From: an uncultured Flavobacteriaceae bacterium
GTDB taxonomy: Bacteria > Bacteroidota > Bacteroidia > Flavobacteriales > Flavobacteriaceae
Reading direction: 5' to 3'
Assembly (NCBI GenBank): GCA_963805885.1
Contig: CAWDWC010000007.1
Location: forward strand, 16,732-80,731
DNA: 64,000 bases
Below are positions 9,352 to 19,498 of the stretch, in pieces. The translations under genes were made by a program, and so were the position numbers. Every line of letters starts with the position of its first letter. Position 1 is the first letter of the stretch. Under the pieces are notes generated by a model. The model was not told where the DNA came from. It saw only the letters and a list, made by a program, of their open reading frames with translations, and searched no databases.

Positions 9352-9372
9352 TATAGTTTCCATAAATATTTT

Positions 9373-9399
9373 AAAACCCCGACTTGTTCGGGGTTTTTT
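9373..9399 (+). terminator. Intrinsic terminator
   Basis: AAAACCCCGA-cttgt-TCGGGGTTTTTT. Confidence 0.85.
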
Positions 9400-9431
9400 A
9401 TTACTTTAAATTGGTCTTAAAAATTTTTGAA

Positions 9432-9998
9432 ATGAATTATTCTGTCAGTGAAGAAAAAATCGTATTCGATGACCATTATAAAATGGTTAAAGCAAAAGTA
9501 ACTTACGATACTTTTGACGGAAAACAAATAACCACCACCCGACTTGCTTTTGAAAGGGGAGATTCAGTGGCTATACTCTTATTGGAAAAAGACTCCGATT
9601 GCATTCTTCTAACAAATCAATTTCGTTATCCCACCTGCAAAAACAATCATGGTTGGCTATTGGAAATTCCTGCAGGATCCATGGAGGAAAACGAAAAGCC
9701 TAAAGATTGTATAAAAAGAGAAGTAATGGAGGAGTTGGGATATAAAATTGAAACCCCAAAATTAATTTCTACTTTCTACACTTCGCCGGGAGCTTCAACA
9801 GAGCGTATTTTTTTGTTTTTTTCAGAAGTCTCAAAAAATGATAAGATTGGAAAAGGCGGTGGAAACGATCATGAAAATGAAGATATACAGCTGGTTAAAA
9901 TTCCTGTTTCAGAAGTATTTTCAAAAATTTTGGAATTGAAGGATGCAAAAACAATTCTTGCGCTACAGTGGTTTCTATTAAGCCATCGGGGCCAATAA
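9432..9998 (+). CDS. NUDIX hydrolase (NudK / ADP-sugar pyrophosphatase-like)
   Basis: QFRYP, Nudix box EIPAG...REVMEELG, SPG.STE and ENEDI. Start moved to ATG 9432 because the TTG start lies inside the terminator. Confidence 0.9.
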   Translation: MNYSVSEEKIVFDDHYKMVKAKVTYDTFDGKQITTTRLAFERGDSVAILLLEKDSDCILLTNQFRYPTCKNNHGWLLEIPAGSMEENEKPKDCIKREVMEELGYKIETPKLISTFYTSPGASTERIFLFFSEVSKNDKIGKGGGNDHENEDIQLVKIPVSEVFSKILELKDAKTILALQWFLLSHRGQ

Positions 9999-10005
9999 CC
10001 TTTTA

Positions 10006-10635
10006 TTAACCCTTAAATTTCAAGGGCACATGCACAACGCTTTTGGTTTCAAAAAAATCTTCCTCAAAAAAATCCCTTAATGGAAATACTGTTGCTTTTG
10101 GATAATACTTGAGCTCTTCAGACAGATCTCCCCCTTTTAAATAGAGGATTCCATTTTTTCGGTCGTGGACACTTTTTTTTGCAACCTTTCCACTCACCCA
10201 ATGTGCGAAAGTGTCCATTTGAGCGACTGCACGACTCACAATAAAATCATATTTCCCAGAAACAGTTTCCACGCGGGCATTGGTAGCTTTAACATTTTGA
10301 AGTTGCAAACCAGCCACAACCTCTTCTACCACTTTTATTTTTTTTCCAATACTGTCAACAAGATGAAATTCCACTTCCGGGAAAAGAATGGCCAACGGGA
10401 TACCCGGAAAACCGCCCCCTGTGCCTACATCCAAAATTTTGGAACCTGGAAGAAATGTTTGGACTTTGGCTATGCCCAGCGAATGGAGTACATGGCGCAG
10501 ATAAAGTTCATCAATATCCTTTCGGGAAACTACATTTATTTTTAAATTCCAATCTTCATATAGCGATTGGAGCTCCTCAAATTGATTCTTTTGATTATCA
10601 GATAATTGCGGAAAATATTTTAATACTAGTTCCAT
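10006..10635 (-). CDS. rsmG: 16S rRNA m7G527 methyltransferase
   Basis: WN.KINVVSR, RHVLHSL, LDVGTGGGFPGIPLAI, SRAV and LKG motifs; TACTTTTG promoter at 10652-10659 (-). Confidence 0.96.
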   Translation of the reverse strand: MELVLKYFPQLSDNQKNQFEELQSLYEDWNLKINVVSRKDIDELYLRHVLHSLGIAKVQTFLPGSKILDVGTGGGFPGIPLAILFPEVEFHLVDSIGKKIKVVEEVVAGLQLQNVKATNARVETVSGKYDFIVSRAVAQMDTFAHWVSGKVAKKSVHDRKNGILYLKGGDLSEELKYYPKATVFPLRDFFEEDFFETKSVVHVPLKFKG

Positions 10636-10761
10636 ATTCTAAATTCAATCACAAAAGTATGCCATCTTTCATAAATTAATGGTTTTGAAACCTTACTTTT
10701 AAGTAAAAGATGATTATTTTTGTATTTTCCACAGTAAAAATCCCCAGTTAAACAAATCATT

Positions 10762-11862
10762 TTGACATATACTAATTTAAATTTTTCCCGAGTTGACAGT
10801 GCAAAATTCTTTAGAACCCTGAATACGCGTGTTAACGAATACTTTAAGGACAATAAGATTGCCCGAACGGGAAACTGGAAACTTCACCTTAAAACGGTGG
10901 TAATGTTTTCCCTTTATCTCACTCCATACTTTTTAATGCTCACACTGAATTTACCTGACTGGTTGCAGTTGATTTTTACAGTGATTATGGGTGTTGGCAT
11001 GGCTGGTGTTGGCATGAATGTAATGCACGATGCAAATCACGGCTCCTATTCCTCAAAAAAATGGGTAAACAAGGTAATGGGCAGCAGCATGTACATTCTC
11101 GCTGGAAATGTATATAACTGGCAGGTACAGCACAATGTATTGCATCATACCTATACAAATATCCACGGGCACGATGAAGATTTAGAAGCTGGAAGAATTC
11201 TTCGTTTTTCAAAGCATTCAAAATGGCATAGGCTTCACAAATTTCAGCACATTTACAGTCTTTTCTTTTATGGACTTTTAACATTCAATTGGGTGCTAAC
11301 CACTGATTTTTATCAGACTAAAAGGTACTTGAAACGTAAACTTTCCTATGGAAAGCTGCCAAAACCCGTTACGCAATGGAGTATTTTGGTTATAACAAAA
11401 ATGATTTATTTATCGCTTTGGATTTTAATTCCAATACTATTTTTCAATATCGTTTGGTGGAAAATTTTAATCGGGTTCTTTATTATGCATTATGTTGCCG
11501 GTCTTATTTTAAGTATTGTTTTCCAACTTGCACATGTGGTTGAGGATACTGATATATTGCTTCCGGACGAAAGCGGAACTATGAAAAACACTTGGGCGAT
11601 CCACCAGTTATTCACTACCGTGAATTTTTCAACCAACAACAGAATCGTGAACTGGTATACGGGAGGCTTGAACCACCAAGTAGAGCATCATATTTTTCCG
11701 AATATTAGCCATGTTCACTACAAGAATATTTCAAAAATTGTAAAAAGCACAACAAAAGAATTTAATCTACCCTATAAAGAATATAAAACCACCCGCCGGG
11801 CTATTATTGCACATTTCAGACATTTAAAAGAAATGGGGCTTAAGCCTGCAGTACCCGTATAA
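10762..11862 (+). CDS. Membrane fatty acid (acyl-CoA) desaturase
   Basis: Three histidine boxes HDANH, HNVLHH and HQVEHH; transmembrane segments. Confidence 0.92.
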   Translation: MTYTNLNFSRVDSAKFFRTLNTRVNEYFKDNKIARTGNWKLHLKTVVMFSLYLTPYFLMLTLNLPDWLQLIFTVIMGVGMAGVGMNVMHDANHGSYSSKKWVNKVMGSSMYILAGNVYNWQVQHNVLHHTYTNIHGHDEDLEAGRILRFSKHSKWHRLHKFQHIYSLFFYGLLTFNWVLTTDFYQTKRYLKRKLSYGKLPKPVTQWSILVITKMIYLSLWILIPILFFNIVWWKILIGFFIMHYVAGLILSIVFQLAHVVEDTDILLPDESGTMKNTWAIHQLFTTVNFSTNNRIVNWYTGGLNHQVEHHIFPNISHVHYKNISKIVKSTTKEFNLPYKEYKTTRRAIIAHFRHLKEMGLKPAVPV

Positions 11863-11867
11863 TACTT

Positions 11868-13055
11868 ATGGATCAAAGACTTTCAAAACGAGTGAACGAG
11901 ATGGCTACCTCGGCCACGCTGGCAATGGCTGCCAAAACAAGAGAACTAAAAGAACAAGGAATAGACGTTATTGGTTTGAGTCTTGGGGAACCAGATTTTC
12001 CCGTTCCAGAATTTGTAAAAGAAGCGGCTATCCAAGCCATTAAGGACGATTATCACTCGTACACTCCCGTGGATGGTTATGGCGATTTGAAGAAAGCTAT
12101 CATCACTAAATTTAATAGAGACAATAACTTAACTTATAAACCTTCCCAAATTGTGGTTTCCACGGGTGCAAAACAATCCTTGGCAAACTTGACAATGGTA
12201 CTTTTGGATGAAGGCGACGAAGTATTATTGCCTGCTCCCTATTGGGTGAGCTATGCAGATCAATGTAAGGTTGCTGGTGGTATTCCAAAGGAGATACCTT
12301 CTTCTATTGAAACTGACTTTAAAGTAACTGCTGAAGCATTAGAGGCCGCAATTACGCCAAAAACAAAAATGATTATCTACAGTTCGCCCTGCAATCCAAG
12401 TGGTTCAGTTTATAGCAAAAAAGAGCTACGGGCACTTGCGGATGTTTTGGTGAAATATCCTAACATTATAGTTATCAGTGATGAAATTTACGAACACATA
12501 AACTTTAGTGGCAGCCACGCTTCAATGGCGGAATTTGATGACATGTATGATAGAACCGTAGTAGTGAATGGCGTTTCCAAAGCCTTCTCCATGACGGGTT
12601 GGCGTATTGGATACATTGGTGGACCAGAGTGGATTGCAAAGGCTTGCAACAAAATGCAAGGGCAAGTAACAAGTGGAGCCAACTGTATTGCACAAAGAGC
12701 CACTATCACCGCTTTGGAAAATCCGCCGAGCAAAATAAAATTTATGGTTGATGCCTTTAAAGAAAGAAGAAAGTTGATTTTAGGATTACTTTCAGAAATT
12801 GAAGGTTTCAAAACAAATGAACCCGAAGGCGCATTTTACGTGTTTCCAGATGTGTCCTATTTCTTCGGAAAAAAGCTACGCGGAAAAAAAATTAATACCG
12901 CTTCAGATTTTTCACTTTATTTATTGGAAGAAGCCAAAGTAGCAACCGTTACCGGCGAAGCATTTGGCGATCCTAACTGCATCCGAATTTCTTATGCAGC
13001 TTCAGAAAAGGACATTAAAGAGGCAATGCGAAGGATAAAAGAAGCCCTTGATTAA
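11868..13055 (+). CDS. aspC: Class I PLP-dependent (aspartate) aminotransferase
   Basis: LGEPDF, GAKQ, PCNPSG, SDEIY and SKAFSMTGWRIG motifs. Confidence 0.88.
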   Translation: MDQRLSKRVNEMATSATLAMAAKTRELKEQGIDVIGLSLGEPDFPVPEFVKEAAIQAIKDDYHSYTPVDGYGDLKKAIITKFNRDNNLTYKPSQIVVSTGAKQSLANLTMVLLDEGDEVLLPAPYWVSYADQCKVAGGIPKEIPSSIETDFKVTAEALEAAITPKTKMIIYSSPCNPSGSVYSKKELRALADVLVKYPNIIVISDEIYEHINFSGSHASMAEFDDMYDRTVVVNGVSKAFSMTGWRIGYIGGPEWIAKACNKMQGQVTSGANCIAQRATITALENPPSKIKFMVDAFKERRKLILGLLSEIEGFKTNEPEGAFYVFPDVSYFFGKKLRGKKINTASDFSLYLLEEAKVATVTGEAFGDPNCIRISYAASEKDIKEAMRRIKEALD

Positions 13056-13177
13056 CAATCTGTAACTTAAAAAAACAGGTAAATGGATTTGGTTAAAATT
13101 GACCAATCCCATTTAAATATTATATTTTATCTGTAATTTAGGCACATGAAAAATTAACTATAAAAACAAAACTTTTA

Positions 13178-16090
13178 ATGAAAACGAGATTTACCCTATT
13201 TCTTCTTTTCTTCGCCTTCCTTATTCAGGGACACGCGCAGGAAAAAACAAATGCTACTTATGTTGGAAAGGTGGGATCGATGGTACACGTGCCCTCGATA
13301 GCATCAAGAACTGATTTACCTCCTGCAACTACAAAAGAACAGGTTATGCAAGATGGCAGAGCCTCAAAAAACTTGATTGTACCTGGCAAAGACCCACAGA
13401 TTGAAGACGATTATTTCGTTCGAAATCCAGATAAAATGGAACAAATACTTAGCGGTAGAGCGCCTTCCTTGGTTTTTGATGCCGCCCAGTCAAGTTCACA
13501 GCCAACAGATCCATCTATTGGCGTTGGACCCAATCACGCTGTAGTTGTTTTCAATACTGGTTTCAGAATATTTGATAAAAGCGGAAACCCGCTAACGGGG
13601 CAAATTAGCCCAAACCCAACCATTTTTCCAAATGGAGGTTGTTGCGATCTTACCATATCTTATGACAATGCTGCAGATAGATTTGTTATGACATTTTTGG
13701 GCAGCGGAGCACAAATTGCTGTGTCCGATGGTCCAGACCCAGTGAATGATGGTTGGTATGTCTATACTATTCCACAAATAGATGACTATCAAAAACTGTC
13801 AATTTGGAGCGATGGATATTACATTACCCAAAACTCTGGAGATGCCAATAAAATTTATGCAATGGAAAGAGACAAGATGCTTCTGGGTGATCCTTCTGCA
13901 CAAGTAATAGGATTTCCACTTCCTGGAATTGTAACCAGCGGTTTTTATAGCCCTCAAGCTTTAAATGTAACAAACGATGACTTACCTGCACCTGGAGGAT
14001 TGCCAATTATATATTTACAAGATGACGCATGGTCTGGTGTTTCTCAAGATCACGTAAAAATTTGGACTGTTGATGTAAATTGGGCCACTCCTGGTAGTTC
14101 TACCATTTCCGCTCCTGTTGAATTGACAACTACTCCTTTTATTTCAGTATTTGACGGCGGAAGCTTTTCAAACTTGGCACAACCGGGTGGTGGCGCCGAT
14201 ATTGATGCACTTCAAGCAACTATAATGAACCAAGCACAATTTAGAAAATTTGGTGATCACAACTCTGCACTTTTCAATTTTGTGGTTGATACCGATGCAA
14301 GCGGTGGAGAACTTGCTGGAGTACGTTGGTTTGAACTTCGTCAACCTAGCGATGGACAGCCTTGGACCATCTACCAAGAAGGAACTTATACCGCTCCTGA
14401 CGGCAAACACGCTTGGCATGCAAGTATGATGATGGACGTTCAAGGAAATATTGGTATGGGATATACTTCAATGGCAGGCCCCACTACTCCAGACCCTACA
14501 ACTAAAAGAGTAAGTTCATACTATACTGGCCGCTATGCAAATGACCCGCTGAACACTATGACCATTGCGGAAGAATTGATTGCTCCCGGAAATCAAAATA
14601 TTCCTGGTTTACGATATGGAGATTATAGTAAAATAGACTTAGATCCTTCTAACGATAAAGAATTCTGGTTCATTAATGAATATATGAATACCGGAAGAAA
14701 AGATGTAGTAGGTGTGTTCCAAATTGCTCCAAACTTTAATAATGATGTTGGAGTGGTTAGCATTGATGCACCAGTAACTGGAACACTTTCAAACAGTGAA
14801 ACCGTTACTGTTACAATTTTTAATTACGGTCAAAACAGTGCCTCAAACATTCCCGTAACATTTCAAGTAGATGGTGGAGCTGTTATTTCAGAAACTTTTC
14901 CTGGTACAATCGCCTCGGCTGCAACTGCCCAATATACTTTTACAGCGACTGCGAATTTGGGTACAATTGGACAAACATATTCCATCACTGCTGAAACCAA
15001 TTTAGCTGGTGATGAAGACACAACCAATGACGCCCGCACCAAATCTGTTACTTATTTACAGCCCAATGATATAGGTGTTAGTGCCATTACAGCTCCTGTT
15101 TCGGGCACAGATCTTACTGGTTCTGAAAACATAGTTGTTACAGTGAACAACTTTGGTGGCGAACCAAAATCAAATTTTGATGTAACTTATGATCTTGATG
15201 GAACTATTGTTACTGAAGTAGTAGCGGGTCCCTTAGCTGGAAATTCCTCTACCTCATATACTTTTGCACAAACAGGCGATTTTTCAGCTTTAGGAAGTTA
15301 TAACCTAAGTGCATACACTTCATTACCTGGAGATAGCGACACTTCAAACGATTCAACTTCTGTTGTTATTGTTAAACAGAACTGTCAGCCAGTTGGTGAT
15401 TGTTCATTTGGAGATGGTTTTCAGTTATTCAATGTAACAGACATAAACAATCCATCAGGCTGTGAAGGCTATGCGGATTTCACAAATTTAATTGCCGTTA
15501 TGGATCCAGACTCTACCAATGACTTAACAGTAACAACAGGTTATGGAGACCAATTTGTTCGTGTTTGGATAGATTTTAATGATGATTTTGTATTTACAAA
15601 TAACGAAATCGTGGTTAATAATGTGGTAATTGCTCCAGGACAAGGTAGTGGAACATATACTATTACAACAGATTTAGTAATTCCAGCCGGGGCAACGTTG
15701 GGTCAACACTTAATGCGCGCCAAAACAAACTGGGATGGCCCTGTGCCAGATGATGCATGTGAGGAAACTACATTTGGGGAAACTGAAGACTATACCGCAC
15801 AAATAGGAATTCTAGGTGTTCAAGACAATATTTTTGACGAAAATGGTTTGACAGTTTTAACCTTAGAAAACAATAATTTCGACATTACTCTAAAAACAGT
15901 TAACTATTCTGGCGCTATGAATCTTTCGGTTTACAATACTTTGGGACAAAGATTATTGTTTAAAAAACTGGAAAACAATGGAAACGGATACAACTATAAA
16001 TTGGACATGAGTTATGTGGCCAAAGGCGTTTATCTAGTTCGTGTTGGAAACAGAGACAATGGAAGAGTTAAACGAATCATCGTTAAATAA
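13178..16090 (+). CDS. Large T9SS-secreted protein: uncharacterised N-terminal domain, two CARDB/Ig-like repeats, GEVED domain, CTD
   Basis: Signal peptide; repeats NDVGVVSIDAPV and NDIGVSAITAPV; VWIDFNDD...GETEDY; CTD VYNTLGQ..GVYLVRV..KRIIVK. Confidence 0.85.
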   Translation: MKTRFTLFLLFFAFLIQGHAQEKTNATYVGKVGSMVHVPSIASRTDLPPATTKEQVMQDGRASKNLIVPGKDPQIEDDYFVRNPDKMEQILSGRAPSLVFDAAQSSSQPTDPSIGVGPNHAVVVFNTGFRIFDKSGNPLTGQISPNPTIFPNGGCCDLTISYDNAADRFVMTFLGSGAQIAVSDGPDPVNDGWYVYTIPQIDDYQKLSIWSDGYYITQNSGDANKIYAMERDKMLLGDPSAQVIGFPLPGIVTSGFYSPQALNVTNDDLPAPGGLPIIYLQDDAWSGVSQDHVKIWTVDVNWATPGSSTISAPVELTTTPFISVFDGGSFSNLAQPGGGADIDALQATIMNQAQFRKFGDHNSALFNFVVDTDASGGELAGVRWFELRQPSDGQPWTIYQEGTYTAPDGKHAWHASMMMDVQGNIGMGYTSMAGPTTPDPTTKRVSSYYTGRYANDPLNTMTIAEELIAPGNQNIPGLRYGDYSKIDLDPSNDKEFWFINEYMNTGRKDVVGVFQIAPNFNNDVGVVSIDAPVTGTLSNSETVTVTIFNYGQNSASNIPVTFQVDGGAVISETFPGTIASAATAQYTFTATANLGTIGQTYSITAETNLAGDEDTTNDARTKSVTYLQPNDIGVSAITAPVSGTDLTGSENIVVTVNNFGGEPKSNFDVTYDLDGTIVTEVVAGPLAGNSSTSYTFAQTGDFSALGSYNLSAYTSLPGDSDTSNDSTSVVIVKQNCQPVGDCSFGDGFQLFNVTDINNPSGCEGYADFTNLIAVMDPDSTNDLTVTTGYGDQFVRVWIDFNDDFVFTNNEIVVNNVVIAPGQGSGTYTITTDLVIPAGATLGQHLMRAKTNWDGPVPDDACEETTFGETEDYTAQIGILGVQDNIFDENGLTVLTLENNNFDITLKTVNYSGAMNLSVYNTLGQRLLFKKLENNGNGYNYKLDMSYVAKGVYLVRVGNRDNGRVKRIIVK

Positions 16091-16110
16091 ACCCATACTT
16101 TTTAATTTAG

Positions 16111-16146
16111 AAAGACCCAAAGTACAATTTGTACTTTGGGTCTTTT
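16111..16146 (+). terminator. Intrinsic terminator
   Basis: AAAGACCCAAAGTACAA-t-TTGTACTTTGGGTCTTT long perfect inverted repeat followed by T. Confidence 0.88.
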
Positions 16147-16184
16147 CATTAAATCTACTCCGTATTTTTTCAAAAACTGATAGT

Positions 16185-16447
16185 ATGTTCAAAATATTCT
16201 TATTGGGTAGCGCCAGTGCATTAATCTTGGTTTCAAACAGCTTAGAGAACCCCACTTTTTAAGGACTAGAAATAGCAGCACCTTCATCAAAAACAGATTT
16301 CAGGATTTTTGGAAAACCCACTTCCCCACCCAATCGAAGAATAGGAGTTGTTCTAACCTATGGCAAGCAAATGGAAATACTTCAGAAGTAATCGAAAAAG
16401 CAAAGATATTAGCTCAAAAAGTAAACGAAATTTTAGTAAAAAACTAA
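16185..16447 (+). pseudogene. purT: Degraded C-terminal remnant of formate-dependent GAR transformylase
   Basis: Manual translation: ...SASALILVSNSLENPTF-stop-GLEIAAPSSKTDFRIFGKPTSPPNRRIGVVLTYG, then in a shifted frame ...EVIEKAKILAQKV. ASA.IL, D.R.FGKP and RR.GV are PurT C-terminal hallmarks. It has an internal stop (16260-16262), a frameshift and no N-terminal region. Confidence 0.78.
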
Positions 16448-16463
16448 AGTAAAAAACTTTGAA

Positions 16464-17969
16464 TTATCTATTCCTCCAGAAAAAAGGAGTTAACAGAATA
16501 AGCACAGTAAACAATTCCAGCCTCCCGATAAGCATCAAAAAGCTGGACCACCATTTTGCGGCATCGGGCAAATAGGCATAATTACTAACAGGGCCTAGAT
16601 CGCCTAGTGCAGGACCAATATTTCCCAATGAAGAAGCTGCACCTCCAAGGGCCGTTTTAAAATCTAAGCCAAGCCAGGAAAACACTAAAGTTCCCACAAT
16701 AAAAGAAAGCATATAAAGAATGAAGAAGCCTAGAATATTAAAAACAATAGGCTGCGGCACCGCTTTTCTATTATAACGAACGGGCAAAATTGCGTGTGGG
16801 TGTAATGTTCTTTTAAATTCAAGGACGCCATTTTTAATCATAATTATATGGCGCATCACTTTAATACCACCCGCGGTGGAACCAGCGCAACCACCCAAAA
16901 ACATCATTCCAAAAAAGAAAATTGTTAAAAATGGCGTCCAAAGCGTGTAGTCTGCACTCACAAAACCTGTAGTAGTAATAATGGTTAGCACCTGAAAAAG
17001 CGCATGGCGGACGGCACTTTCAAATGGCCCCCAGACCATCGGATGTGCAATGCTTGAAAGCGTAACATCTGCTTCAAAATAAATAAGAAGAGAGGCTACA
17101 ATGGTCAACCCAACAATAAAAGCCGTATACAGCTTAAATTCTTCATCCTGAAATATTTTTTGGAACTTCCTTTTAAAAGCGAAATAACTAAGTACAAAAT
17201 TACTTCCTGCCAAAAACATAAATACAATGATGATATATTGCACCATAGGATTATCATTCCAAAAAGCGACGCTGGCATTTTTTGTAGAGAAACCACCTGT
17301 GCTCAATGTTGATAACGAATGGTTTATAGCATCAAAAAAATTCATCCCCGCTAATTTCAATAAAATGGTTTCAGCCAATGTGTAGCCAACATAAATCAGC
17401 CAAAGTCTTTTTGCTGTATCCGTAATTCGGGGATGCAGTTTGTCCCCACCAGGGCCAGGCGCTTCAGCAGCGAAAAGCTGCATGCCGCCAATTCCCAACA
17501 AAGGTAAAATTGCTATTGCCAAAACGATAATTCCCATCCCACCTATCCAATGCGTAATGCTTCTCCAAAACAAAACACCCCGCGGTATGCTTTCAATATC
17601 AGTCAAAATGGACGCTCCCGTAGTGGTATATCCGCTCATCGTTTCAAAAAAAGCATTGGTAAAACTAGGAATTGCATTTGTAAAAATGTAGGGCAACGTC
17701 CCGATAAGTGCCATAAAAATCCAGCCAAAAGCAACAATAATGTATCCTTCTCTTTTTTGAATTTCCTTTCGGTGGTTTTTGGTCAAAAGCATTATAATTC
17801 CCCCAACACCCAATGCAACGGTTCCCGCCATTAGCATTTCTTTGAGCACACCATCTTCATAATACCAACTGACAATGGAAGAAAGGAGCATAAAACCCCC
17901 ATTCACCATAAGCAAAAGGCCCATTAAGTGCGAAATTATTTTATAGTTAAGTTTTGTAAGTGAACTCAT
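16464..17969 (-). CDS. trkH: Trk potassium uptake permease
   Basis: FFETMSGYTTTGA, WIGGMG, LSTGGF, GSTAGG and GNIGP motifs. Start at ATG 17969 overlaps the trkA stop. Confidence 0.95.
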   Translation of the reverse strand: MSSLTKLNYKIISHLMGLLLMVNGGFMLLSSIVSWYYEDGVLKEMLMAGTVALGVGGIIMLLTKNHRKEIQKREGYIIVAFGWIFMALIGTLPYIFTNAIPSFTNAFFETMSGYTTTGASILTDIESIPRGVLFWRSITHWIGGMGIIVLAIAILPLLGIGGMQLFAAEAPGPGGDKLHPRITDTAKRLWLIYVGYTLAETILLKLAGMNFFDAINHSLSTLSTGGFSTKNASVAFWNDNPMVQYIIIVFMFLAGSNFVLSYFAFKRKFQKIFQDEEFKLYTAFIVGLTIVASLLIYFEADVTLSSIAHPMVWGPFESAVRHALFQVLTIITTTGFVSADYTLWTPFLTIFFFGMMFLGGCAGSTAGGIKVMRHIIMIKNGVLEFKRTLHPHAILPVRYNRKAVPQPIVFNILGFFILYMLSFIVGTLVFSWLGLDFKTALGGAASSLGNIGPALGDLGPVSNYAYLPDAAKWWSSFLMLIGRLELFTVLILLTPFFWRNR

Positions 17970-19318
17970 TATATAAAGAGCTTTTCCACTTTTCCAATAG
18001 ATTGCGGAAGACAGCAAACCACTACTCTATCACCATTTTTTATTTCGAAATCGCCTAGGGCAATAATGCCTTCTCCGTTTCTAATGACTCCTCCAATAAT
18101 TGCAGAAACAGGAAAGTCAAGATCTTTTATTTTTCTGTTGCATACTTTGGAATGCGAAGAGACCTGAAACTCGAGCAACTCTGCATTCATATTGTTAAGT
18201 TTCGTCATTGCAAGAACTTCGCCTTTGCGCACATAGCGGAAAATATTATTCGCTGCCAAAAGTTTTTTGTTGATAAGCGTATCAATTCCGATGGAATGTG
18301 AAAGCTGAAAATAATCCATATTTTCCACCAAAGCGATGGCTTTTTTTACCCCTTTAGATTTTGCGACCAAACAAGACATAATATTGGTTTCACTATTTCC
18401 TGTAACAGAAATAAAGGCATCCATATCTTCAATGGATTCTTCGGTTAAAAGATCTACATTTCTCCCGTCACCGTTAATTACAAGACACCCCGGAATATCA
18501 TCGGCAATTTCAAAGGCTTTGTCTTTACTGCTTTCAATAAGCTTTACATTGAAGCTACTTTTGCAAAGATCTTTTGCGGTTTTGTAACCTATTTTACTTC
18601 CACCGAGAATCATTACATTTTTGATTTCCTGCCGAACTTTTCCAGTGAGTTTAAAAATTTGTTCCACTCCATTTTTTACAGTAGTAAAATAAACCTGATC
18701 GCCTTCTTTAAATTGTGTGTCTCCCCTTGGAATCAAAGTGTATTGGGTACCGAAACGCTGCAAGGCAATGGGAACATACTTTAATTCTGGATATATTTTC
18801 GCCACTTCTTTCACAGATTTACCCACAAAAGACGAAGTGCGCGAAAGGCTAAGCCCAATCATTGTCAAGGCTCCATTTTCAAACTCATAAGTATCATTGA
18901 AGGCACTTTGATTGAGCAAAAGTTCAATTTCGCTGGAAGCCAAGGATTCTGGGGAAATCAACTCGTCAATCCCAAATTTTGTGAAACCAACTTCATCTTT
19001 CCTGTCAATAAATTCGGTATTGGAAATTCGTGCAATGGTACGTTTGGCACCTAATTGTTTGGCAAGCACACAAACTGTAATATTTGTAGTTTCACTAGAA
19101 GTAACCGCTATTACCAAATCTGTATCTGCCACACGGGAGTCCTGCAAAACAGAAATAGAGGTCGCGTCGCCACGTACCACCCGAATATCCAAATGTGTGT
19201 CGGCATGTGCCAAGGAATCTCGATTGGTATCAATCAGTGTGATATCCTGGGATTCGAAAGAAAGCAGTTTTGCAAGGTGAAAACCGACTTCCCCGGCGCC
19301 AGCAACAATAATTTTCAT
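17969..19318 (-). CDS. trkA: Trk potassium uptake NAD-binding subunit
   Basis: MKIIVAGAGEVG, second RCK domain ILGGSKIG; 449 aa; TATCTTTG promoter at 19392-19399 (-). Confidence 0.95.
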   Translation of the reverse strand: MKIIVAGAGEVGFHLAKLLSFESQDITLIDTNRDSLAHADTHLDIRVVRGDATSISVLQDSRVADTDLVIAVTSSETTNITVCVLAKQLGAKRTIARISNTEFIDRKDEVGFTKFGIDELISPESLASSEIELLLNQSAFNDTYEFENGALTMIGLSLSRTSSFVGKSVKEVAKIYPELKYVPIALQRFGTQYTLIPRGDTQFKEGDQVYFTTVKNGVEQIFKLTGKVRQEIKNVMILGGSKIGYKTAKDLCKSSFNVKLIESSKDKAFEIADDIPGCLVINGDGRNVDLLTEESIEDMDAFISVTGNSETNIMSCLVAKSKGVKKAIALVENMDYFQLSHSIGIDTLINKKLLAANNIFRYVRKGEVLAMTKLNNMNAELLEFQVSSHSKVCNRKIKDLDFPVSAIIGGVIRNGEGIIALGDFEIKNGDRVVVCCLPQSIGKVEKLFI

Positions 19319-19498
19319 TGAACTATTTTTTATTCCTTAAAATAATTTTTAGAGATTGAATTCAAAAAAATATTTTAAAAATGAATCTTGACAAAGATAT
19401 AGAATTTTAACGCACCCCAAACAGAACCAAAATCATTGTATTTATCCCTGAAAACCATTGCAAATCTTAAAAAATATGTAGTTTTGCAGGCGCAATTT

